Shown: piece after piece, positions 35,161 through 45,368 of the stretch
Numbering within the stretch: position 1 is the stretch's first letter
How the letters are laid out: each line of letters starts with the position of its first letter
Source: Chrysemys picta bellii
Taxonomy: Eukaryota
Assembly: GCF_011386835.1 (NCBI RefSeq)
Contig: NC_088802.1
Coordinates: 2,046,001 to 2,110,000, forward strand
Direction: 5' to 3'
DNA length: 64,000 nt
Notes under the pieces: generated by a model
The model's database searches: none
What the model was told of the DNA's origin: nothing
The model's input: the letters and a program-made list of their open reading frames with translations, nothing else
Translations under genes and position numbers: made by a program

Positions 35161-36487
35161 CACGGGCAGGGTCGTCCGGTGCCAGCCGGGCAGGGCTGGG
35201 AGCTGGGTCGAGCCCGGGAACAACCCTCCACGTCAGGCCACTCCCCAGAGACACTCGCACAGGGACAGTGTCCGTGTGGGGTCCTGAGGGGATGGGGGCT
35301 CGGTGCCCCTCACTCCCGACCTGCAGCCCCTGCGAGCCCAGCCCTGGGCTCTCCCACAGCTCATTGGGGGACATTTCCCCAGAGACACTCATGGCCTCCC
35401 CTCCCCCTGGCCTCAGGCCTGTGCCCGTTCCTGGACGCGGGGAGCCTGCGTCAGTGCCCAGGCGCCTGCATCATCCCCAGCCGGGCGGCGATTCGGGGCC
35501 TTTACACAAGACATTCACTTCCCCCCACAGCTTCCGAGGTCACACGAGGGAGGAAACCGCAGGACCCGGCCTGCCCCCTCCCCGAGGTCTGCCGGTGCCC
35601 CTCACTCCCGACCCGCAGCCCCTGCCAGCCCAGCCCTGCCCCCCCCCAGCTCTGCCAGTGCCCCTCACTCCCGACCCGCAGCCCCTGCCAGCCCAGCCCT
35701 GCCCCCCCAGCTCTGCCGGTGCCCCTCACTCCCGACCCGCAGCCCCTGCCAGCCCAGCCCTGCCGGTGCCCCTCACTCCCGACCCGCAGCCCCTGCCAGC
35801 CCAGCCCTGCCCCCCCCCAGCTCTGCCAGTGCCCCTCACTCCCGACCCGCAGCCCCTGCCAGCCCAGCCCTGCCCCCCCAGCTCTGCCGGTGCCCCTCAC
35901 TCCCGACCCGCAGCCCCTGCCAGCCCAGCCCTGCCCCCGCCCAGCTCTGCCGGTGCCCCTCACTCCCGACCCGCAGCCCCCGCCAGCCCAGCCCTGCCCC
36001 CCACAGCTCTGCCGGTGCCCCTCACTCCCGACCCGCAGCCCCCGCCAGCCCAGCCCTGCCCCCCCACTCTGCCGGTGCCCCTCACTCCCGACCCGCGGCC
36101 CCTGCTAACCCAGCCCTGGGCTTTCCCAGCTTTGTGGGTTTGCTGAGGGCTGCTCCCTTCGTCACACGCTGGGAACCGGAGGCCGGGCTCTGCCCGCAGG
36201 CCCAGCGCCAGCTCCTAGTTACCGCACCCGGACAACAACATATTGAGCAAGAGCTGCAGAGAGGCGGCGTCCGGAGCGGGAGGCAGGTGGGGGGAGGGGA
36301 AGGGCATGTTCTGTTCTTGGGGAAAGGAATTGTGGCTGGGAGCTGGGGAGAGAACCCAGGAGTCCTGCCTTCCAGCCCCCCCTGCTCTAACCCACCAGCC
36401 CCCACTCCCCGCCCAGAGCCGGGGAGAGAACCCAGGAGTCCTGGCTCAATACAATAACCGAAGCTTTATTGACACAGCTGCGTTGCG

Positions 36488-39400
36488 TTATTTGACTGCC
36501 TCCGCCAGTCTGTTGAGTTCCTGGGACAGCGCCGTGACCGTGGCCAGGACCCGGCACCGATCCGGCTCCGCCAGTCGGGCCCCGCAGCGCTGGGCGAATT
36601 TGTCCGGGTGCCACAGGGCCTGCTGGCGCCGCAGCTGGCGGCGGTAGGCGCCCGCGTCCGAGGGATCCGTGCCCAGCATGGCCACTGCAGCCATCTCGGC
36701 CACGGTGCCCGTGGGGCTGGGCCACGGATGTCCCCGTAGCGCAGGGGGCGGGTGGCGTCGGGGGTGAAGACGCGAGCGCAGCCCTCCTGGTAGCGCTGCC
36801 GCTTGGCTTCCCGCAGCTCCTCCTTTTTGGTGCGGGCGCGTTCCTGGTACAGACGAGACTCTTCCTCCAGGGGGCGCTGGGAGGTGTGGCGGGAGGGCTG
36901 AGCGGCTCCGTGGGTGGGGACCTGAGGGCCAGGCCCCGCCCTCTGGTGGCCAGGCCCCGCCCCCTGGCGGTCTTTCCGTCTGTATTCCCATGCCATGCGC
37001 TCGGCCCACTCCTCGTAGGGTTCTGGGTCCGGGTGGGCCGTACAGAAATCCTCTGGGGGTGGGGGGGGGGGGGGGGGGAGAGAGATGAGGAGGGTGGTGT
37101 CAGGTGAGAATTTCCCCTGTAGGGGGCACCAGGGCTAATCTGACACCACCAGGCGGGTGGGGAATGAGACATGGGGCCTGCCCCATCTAAGGGGCTCCGG
37201 CTCCCATCCGGCCCCAGGGCAGGGACTGGCTGGCTCAGGGGGGTGGGGAATGAGACATGGGGCCTGCCCCATCTAAGGGGCTCCGGCTCCCATCCGGCCC
37301 CAGGGCAGGGACTGGCTGGCTCAGGGGGGTGGGGAATGAGGCAGGGGCCTGTCCCATCTAGGGGGTGCCGGCTCCCACCCGGCTCCAGGGCAGGGACTGG
37401 CTGGCTCATGGGGGATGGGGAATGGGGCGGGGCCTGTCCCCTCTAGGGGGCGCGGGCTCCCACCTGTACCCAGTGTGGGGACTGGCTGGCTCAGGGGAGT
37501 GGGGGATGGGGCAGGGGCCTGTCCCCTCTAGGGGGCGCGGGCTCCCACCTGTACCCAGTGTGGGGACTGGCTGGCTCAGGGGAGTGGGGGATGGGGCAGG
37601 GGCCTGTCCCCTCTAGGGGGCGCGGGCTCCCACCTGTACCCAGTGTGGGGACTGGCTGGCTCAGGGGAGTGGGGGATGGGGCAGGGGCCTGTCCCATCTA
37701 GGGGGTGGTGGCTCCCGTCCGGCCCCAGGGCAGGGACTGGCTGGCTCAGGGAGGTGGGGGATGTGGTATAGGGCCTGTCCCCTCTCGGGGGCGCCAGCGG
37801 CCATGCAGGGTCCCTACCTTCGTAGCGCCAGATCTCCTGGTATTCATCTTGGCATTCCCCGAAGAGCTTCTGGCGCCATTCCCAGTCCCTGTCCCGCTCC
37901 CCGTCGCTCTCTTCGGATCCCTCCGGGGGCTGCGGAGAGTCATTGGGCATCAGAGAACCCCTGAGGGGCAGGGGGGGCTGGAAGGGACATCGCCGTCACA
38001 CCTGGCCCCCGCGCTGAGGCAGGGCCCAGCCCACCTACACCAGCCCTGACAGGGGTTTGGCCAACCTGGTCTTAAACCTCCCGTGACGGGGATACCACAA
38101 CCCGCCCATGGACGCCGACTCCAGAGCTCAATTCCTGATAGCTAAAGGAAAGTGCCTTTGCTGCGGATTAAGCCTGTTACGTCTTGTCCTGCCTTCAGTG
38201 GCATGGGAACAACTGAGACCCGGTCCCTTTACTCTAGCCCTGAAGGTATCTGCAGACTCTTCTCAGGTTCCCCCCCACTCATCTTTTCTCCCCACTAAAC
38301 GTGCCCTGTTTCCTAACCTTTCCCCCAGGTCAGGCGTTCTAACCCTTCGCTCGCTTTTGTTGCTCTTCTCTGGCCTCTCACCAATTTGGAGGGTGGCCCC
38401 CAGAACTGGACCCAGGACCCGAGTTGGGGCCTCACCCTTGCCAAGCAGAGCAGGACATTACACACGACACTCCGGTTAACACAGCCCTGCATAAGAACAC
38501 GAGAACGGCCAGACTGGGTCAGACCAAAGGTCCATCTAGCTCAGTATCCTGTCTGCCGACCGCAGCCAATGCCAGGTGTCCCAGAGGGAATGAACCGAAC
38601 AGGGAATCATCCGGTGACCCACCCCCTGTCGCCCCGTTCCCAGCTTCCGGCAAACAGAACGATGTCAGCGTTTTGATTTCCTTTGTAACCCATTCTGATG
38701 TCTACGCCTTTTCTCTTGTACTCGCTTCAAAGCTATCGTTCTGCAGCTAATTAACTTGTGTTACTGTTTTCTCTAAACCGGCGTGGATTTTGATCGCCGT
38801 TTTGGGGGATCTCCACTTCGGATCACAAGGCTGGTGCGTGATCAGTGGAATGATGGACTGATTATGGGCTTACCCTGTCCAGGAGGGCACTGACCAGAGC
38901 AAGACGCACGTTTCTGGGAAGCAAGGCTGGGACTGAGGGATATGCAGGTGTCGCCGGGTATGTAATTCAGGGCGTAGCACTCACGTACTCAGCTGGGAGC
39001 GAGTTTACGTGCTAGGGGCAGTGCGTAAGAAGACCCCGGAGGGCCGGCTCTTCCCCAGCAAAGCCGTGTAAAAGGCATCGCGAGCGGGACAGCTAAAGGG
39101 ACACAAATCAAGATGTATCACTCCCCTCTAACCAGCAATGATGGAAATTAGGTTGGCTGGGCATGATTTGTTCTTGAGAAATCCACACTTGCTGCTCCTA
39201 ATAATCTATTATCCTCTCGGTGCTTAGTTACAAACTGATAGTTTACTAATCTGTTCTGGTATCTTTCCAAGGATTGAAATTAGGTGACTGACGAGTAATT
39301 CCCTGGTTTGTCTGTGCTCCTCTTTTTAAAAAAAGGTACATTTGTCCTTCTCCGGGCCTCTGGGACCTCCATTGTCCTCCGGGAATTCGTGAAGATCATT

Positions 39401-42400
39401 TCTTATGATTCCGAGATTGCATCAACTAGTTCCTTAAGCACCCTACGATGAATTTCATCAAGTCCGGCCGACTTCAATACATCAAATGTAGCTAAATAGC
39501 CTTTCATCTGTTCTTTCCCTATTTCGGCTTGCGCTCCTTGTTAACATTAAGAACATAAGCACGGCTAGACTGGGTCAGACCAAAGGTCCATCTAGCCCAG
39601 TGTCCTGTCTGCCGACAGTGGCCAATGCCAGGTGCCCCAGAGGGAATGAACAGAACAGGGAATCATCAAGTGATCCATCCCCTGTTGGCTGCTCCCAGCT
39701 TCTAGCAAACAGAGACTAGGGACACCATCCCTGCCCAGCCTGGCTAATAGCCCTTGATGGACGTATCCGCCATGACCGTACCTAGTTCTTTTTTGAACCC
39801 CGTGATAGCCTTGACCTTCACAACAGCCTCTGGCAAGGAGTTCCGCGAGTTGACTGTGCATTGTGCGAAGAAATACTTTTGTTTGTTTTAAACCTGCTGC
39901 CTATTAATTTCCCAGGGTGACCCCTAGTTCTTGTGTTATGAGAAGGAGTAAATAACACTTCCTTATCTACTTTCTCCACACCAGTCATGATTTTATAGAC
40001 CTCTGTCATATCCCCCCGTAGTCGTCTCTTTTCCAAGCTGAAAAGTCCCAGTCTTATTAATCTCTCCTCTGTTACCTGTCAGCTCTGTGTTCTTGGGGAA
40101 CCAGGGTGCAGGATCCAACCTGTGTGACTCACAAATGACACCCTGCCCATCCACCCCCAGCCTCTGCTTGAACCAAAGCCGATCAGAAAAAGACTTACAA
40201 AAAGCAATGAGAAGGCCGTGGGAGACACACCTAAACCCCTCTGGACAAGGGTGACAGGATTAAGGAAATTCCCTGAGCCTCATTTGCATTGGAGATAGGA
40301 CAGGGAGGCATCCCCATTAGCATACAGATTGGAGAACAGAGATCCCAAGGCAAGAACCGCACTGAACTCTGGGACCAGAGAAACAGGGAAGCAATGCATC
40401 ATGGGGGATCTCTGCTCCAGCTGTTAATGAACCCACATCTGCACACACCCAGTCTGCAGTTATCAGACCAATTCTAGTAATAGAGGGTCCTGTGGCACCT
40501 TTAGTTAGACTAACAGAAGTAATGGGAGCATAAGCTTTCGTGGGTAAGAACCTCACTTCTTCAGATGCAAGTCCCTGATCGATTCCAGCTTCACGGAGCG
40601 GTGAGAACCCAGCTCTCACTCTCTGGGTGTAGCCTTCTGACCCGGACTTGTGGGATCAGTTCTAGTTTTCTAAACCTGACTTTTGTAATCAAACGGAAGT
40701 TGGATTTAATATTATCACAGTTTTGTTTGTTCGGTTTCTCTGTGGTTATTACCTGGCAATAAATAACGTTCATGGTTAAGCGGCTGCTTCTCTCTCTCTC
40801 TCTAGCCCCCCCTCGTGGGTGTTTTTTGGCTTCCTCATTCGCTCTGCAGCAACGCTCCTCGTACCTCAGCTAAAAGATCCCTGCAGCGCCCCAGAATCCT
40901 GTGGGGTTTGCTCATCCAGTGGGTTACGGCCACAGCAATGTGACAGTGGGGATAGGGACGTGCTGAACCTGGGGCGTAGGAGGGTGGCAGCTTGGAGGTG
41001 CTGCTTGACCCTGTCTGCTGAGTCCAGGGACATATAAGGGGTCATCTTGGGAGTGCTGATTAATCCGCTCCTCTCAGACGCTCTGTTAGTGTGTGTGTGT
41101 GTTCGTCTGATTCCGGGGCTGGAAGAACCCAGCCCGGGGGAACCGAGGTCCTGCAGGACAGCTCCACTGGAAGGGGACTTGCAGAAGTCGAGCGCCGTAT
41201 GAGAACACGTGACACAAACAGTCCATTGATAGAATTACAGAACCCCCCCACCCCCAGAAGAGTAACCCTAATAAATGAGCAGACCCCAAAGTAACGGGCA
41301 AATCTAGTAACAACCCCCCACTGAGTCTCCCCACCCCGCTCCCTGCAGCACAGACCCCCCAGCACTGCCCTAGGGAACTGGGGCCAGCCCTGACTCACAG
41401 GGGAGAGCGCCTCCTACCGAGCCCCAAGCCGGCTATTTACAGCACAGCACCCCAGATTGGTACCTGCTCCTCCGTCATGGGCCCCAGCAGGTTCCCAGGC
41501 GTCTCCCCGGCCCGGTTCCGGATCCCCATGGCCCGAGGGCAATGGCTCTGCAGGGTGGCAAAAAGGACTTTGTACGCTGGGGAGGGAGAACGGGAGAGGT
41601 TAATGGTGCCCCCTGGAGAGGGAAAATGCCATCCTGGACGCCTGGGTCCCCAGCCCCCACCGTGGTCTACAGCCCCCAGACTCCCACTCCTGGATTTTCC
41701 ATTCCACGTCCAGGTCTCTCCCCTTTCTTGGGGCTGGGAACTCAGTGGTACAACCTAGTGGCCAGAGACCCACACTACAGGTTACATCTGAAAGAAGAGT
41801 GGGGTTTAGTGGATTAGAGCAGGGGGGCTAGGGGCCAGGTCTCCTGGGTTCTATCCCTGGCTGTGGGAGCTGGGGGGTTAGAGCAGGGGGCGCTGAGAGC
41901 CAGGACTCCTGGGTTCTATCCCTGGCTCTGGGAGGGGAGTGGGAGCTGGGGGGTTAGAGCAGGGGGCGCTGAGAGCCAGGACTCCTGGGTTCTCTCCCTG
42001 GCTCTGGGAGGGGAGTGGGAGCTGGGGGGTTAGAGCAGGGGGCGCTGAGAGCCAGGACTCCTGGGTTCTATCCCTGGCTCTGGGAGGGGAGTGGGGGCTA
42101 GTGGATTAGAGCAGGGGGGTTGGGAGCCAGGACTCCTGGGTTCTATCCCTGGTGCCCATTGCTTCCCCCAGTGGTATCCTCGAAGCCCTGCAGCCCAGGG
42201 GTGAGGCCTAGGTTCAAATCCCTTTCCTCTGGCCGGGATTTAAAGGGCCAGTGCTCACCGCTCTTGCCCTTGCGGGCAGCCTGCCGGGCGGCGTGGTGCA
42301 GGGCCGTGTCTCCTTGCCGGTCCTGGAGGGCAGGGTTGGCTCCGTGGCCCAGCAGGATCTGGGCGGCAATGGGGTCTCGGTGGGCACAGGCATAGTGCAG

Positions 42401-42535
42401 GGGTGGACGGCCCTTGTGCCCCCCTGGCTGGTCCAGGTCCAGTGCCTCCCGGTGGCGGGCGAGGAGCGAGCGCAGCCGGCGGTGCCGGCCAGACTCCACG
42501 TAGCGCCAGAGGCGGCGCTGGTGCCGCGAGGCCAT
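36488..42535 (-). CDS. NFKBIL1: NF-kB inhibitor-like 1 (IkBL), ankyrin-repeat protein; 1-bp frameshift in the last exon as assembled
   Basis: Exons 42535-42259, 41576-41464, 37929-37818 and 37052-36488. Motifs PPLHYACAH...[46 protein letters not shown] and [10 protein letters not shown]...[16 protein letters not shown]. The sum is 1067 nt, one short of frame, with the shift at about 36726. AATAAA at 36470-36465. An upstream exon may exist near 43.4-43.6 kb. Confidence 0.88.
38489..40068 (-). mobile_element. Cluster of CR1 LINE fragments (38489-38660, about 39150-39540, 39548-40068) with an LTR-like piece in between
   Basis: CATAAGAAC...CTGGGTCAGACCAAAGGTCCATCTAG is the reverse complement of a CR1 3' end, seen twice. 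The [32 protein letters not shown]... is CR1 ORF2. Confidence 0.85.
40070..41312. mobile_element. LTR-retroelement-like fragment containing a short Penelope-derived insert (about 40522-40570)
   Basis: Starts TGTTAC, has a candidate LTR end TGTGACA at 40945, and ends GTAACA at 41312. No clean target-site duplication seen. Confidence 0.4.
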
Positions 42536-42599
42536 AGGGATGGGCCTGTGGGCTGGAGTAGAGATGGGGTTAGAGACACCTGGACTGGTATCGGAGACG

Positions 42600-43345
42600 C
42601 TGATCACCCCATGTCCCCCTTGCTGCCCCAAGACTCCCCCATCATCCTTCCTGCCCACTGCCTGCCCCCAGATCCCCCTGCTGACCCCGTGTCCCCACTG
42701 CTCATCCCTGCCCCCCAGAGCCACCATGTTCCCCTTGCCCACCCCTGCCCCCAGATCCCCTGCCGACCCCTAGATCCCCCATGTCCCTGTAGCCCATCCC
42801 TGCCCCCCAGATCCCGTGTCCTCATTAATCATCCCTGCCCCCTAGATCCCCCATGTCCCCGTAGCCCATCCCTTCCCCCCAGATCCCCGGCCGACCCCTA
42901 GATCCCCCATGTCCCCGTAGCCCGTCCCTGCCCCCCAGATCCCCCATGTCCCCATAGCCCATCCCTGCCCCTAGATCCCCCACGTCCCCGTAGCCCGTCC
43001 CTGCCCCCCAGATCCCCCACGTCCCCGTAGCCCGTCCCTGCCCCCCAGATCCCCCACGTCCCCGTAGCCCGTCCCTGCCCCCCAGATCCCCCACGTCCCC
43101 GTAGCCCGTCCCTGCCCCCCAGATCCCCCACGTCCCCGTAGCCCGTCCCTTCCCCCCAGATCCCCGGCCGACCCCTAGATCCCCCATGTCCCCGTAGCCC
43201 GTCCCTGCCCCCCAGATCCCGTGTCCTCATTAATCATCCCTGCCCCTAGATCCCCCACGTCCCCATAGCCCATCCCTGCCCCCCAGATCCCCCATGTCCC
43301 CGTAGCCCATCCCTTCCCCCCAGATCCCGTGTCCTCATTACTCAT
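42600..43345. repeat. About 40-bp minisatellite (CCCCCAGATCCCCCACGTCCCCGTAGCCCGTCCCTG) in NFKBIL1 5' intron
   Basis: Directly visible tandem copies. Confidence 0.9.
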
Positions 43346-43439
43346 CCCTGCCCCACAGACCCATCATGCCTCCTTGCCCATCCCTGCCCACAGATCCCCC
43401 CAGCCAACCACCAGAGCCCCCGGGCCCCCCTCCTCTTCC

Positions 43440-44240
43440 CCCCCGGGGCCGCGCTACCCACCCGGGGCCGCTGGCCGGGGCTGTTAATCGATGGCTGAGC
43501 GCGACACCTGAGGGGGAAGGGAAAAGGCGCGGACCGGAAGTGGGGCAGACGGAAGGGCAGAAGCGGGACGGAAGTGACCTCATTCCGCCCGATGTGGCGA
43601 GGGGGGGGGCCGATGAGTTGTTCACCTGACAACAAAGGGGGAGGGCGGGGAATGGGAAACCGGGGGCGGGGGGAGGCAAGCGCGGCCGGAAGTGAAGCGG
43701 AAGTGGCGTCACGCCGCCTGCCCCAATGGGGCGTTTACCCAGAGGCTTGGTGCCATGGCCTACAGGGTCCCGTTGGGAAACAGGAGGCCGCACGGGAAGG
43801 TTCCGGGATGTGTTTGGTTCTGCAGGGGTTAAATCGCTCCGAGGGGAGAAAGTGTGTGTGGTGGGGGGGAGACGGAGACGGAAGCTTGTACAGGAAGTGG
43901 GCCCAAGGCAGGGCGGAAGTGGACCAGATATGGCGTCAGGACTATAGCCATAGATGACTTGCCCGCAGTTGGGTGCGACGCTCTCGAAGGCCGGCATGGG
44001 AAACACGAGGGGGAGGGCTCCGGGGTGTGGTGGGTCCCGCCGGGTTTAAAAGGGGGCGGGTGAAACTGGGATTAACGCATCAAAGGGAGGGGGGACAGCG
44101 GAAATGGATCTCAGTGAGGGCGGAAGCAAACCGGAAGTGGCATCAACGCAACTAATATAAAAAAGGACTTGCCCATAGTTCTTAATGGGGTCCGGGTGGG
44201 AAACAGGAACCGCGTTGGAAGGTTCCGGGGTGTGTTTGGG
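43440..44240. promoter_or_regulatory. CpG-island, ETS/GABP-rich housekeeping promoter of NFKBIL1 (possibly bidirectional)
   Basis: Multiple (C)CGGAAGT motifs at about 43534, 43569, 43686, 43698, 43913 and 44131; TATA-less and CpG-rich. Confidence 0.7.
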
Positions 44241-45368
44241 GGCTGGTATCGGAAAGGGAGTGAGTCCCCTTCCCCAGGTCAGGTACGATGGGGAGGTGAT
44301 AGGTGAGGAGGGGAGAAAAGTGGGGGAGGGACAAAATTCCCACAAAAATGATAAATACCCAAAGGGAAAAAATCAGAGACCAATTTCCCACCCGTGTTTC
44401 ACTTACGTCTCTACATTGTTGGTCAATTTTCCCCACTGATTTTTATTTAGTTCCTTCTTTTTCTCTCTTTTCCCCTTCTTCCTGCACTCAGCATTTATAA
44501 AACAACATTTTAATGGCGGACAAAATTCCAATTTTCAGGGGAAAAAACATTTTCAGAAAAAAATTTTTTTTCATGAAATTTGTGTGTGTGGGGATGGGGA
44601 GAGAGAAGTGTCCCAATTTTCAGGGATAAAATGACATATTTTTATTGGGGAAAAAAATGATGTTCTAAAACAAAATATCAATTCTTTAGGAAAATAACAA
44701 TTTTTTCATGGGGAAAAAGGATGATTTTCTAAAAAGCAAATTTTAAAAAATAATTGTAAGTTATTGGAACATCACTAGGGGACTGAAGAGAAGAGGGAAG
44801 TGATGGAGAAAAGGAAAAGTTTTTACCCAACACATTTTTTCAAAAAAGTCTGAAAATAGACAATTTTTCACACAAAGAAATTATTTAATTTTTAAACAAA
44901 CAAATACCTTTCTCTGAGCAACTCCGGCCTGCTGGCCCTGTCACGTTGGTCACATAGACCAATTCCACCGCCCACACGATGCTGAGGTGGGCTAGTGTTT
45001 CTCTTGGAGCTCAGTTAGAAAGAGGGACCAGATGCTGCGTTAATTAACCCCACCTGGTGATGCTCCATGGGGAGGCGTTGCAATCACTCCAGAGAGGACA
45101 GGGAAATAACGCACTGGGACGTGATATAGTTACACTTCAGGAGACCCCGGAGAAGGCATTTCCTGAGGGTAAGACCATGCCCTAGTAGATTATTCCCTGC
45201 CGTAGAGAGGGCTAGTTGGGTTTTGTTGGGGTTCACATGGACCTTCACGCCGATAGTTTTCTTCTGCTGTCCCTCAAACCATGTGAGGGTCTCGTAGTGT
45301 AGGGAATTTCCTCGTGGCTGCGTGGCGCTGAGTGTGAGGGACTCAGGTAGTGCTGGGTGCGGAGGGAC

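Noticed and set aside
43921-43960. ATGGCGTCA as a possible ATP6V1G2 start
   Set aside because: It reads MASGL* and has no similarity beyond three residues.
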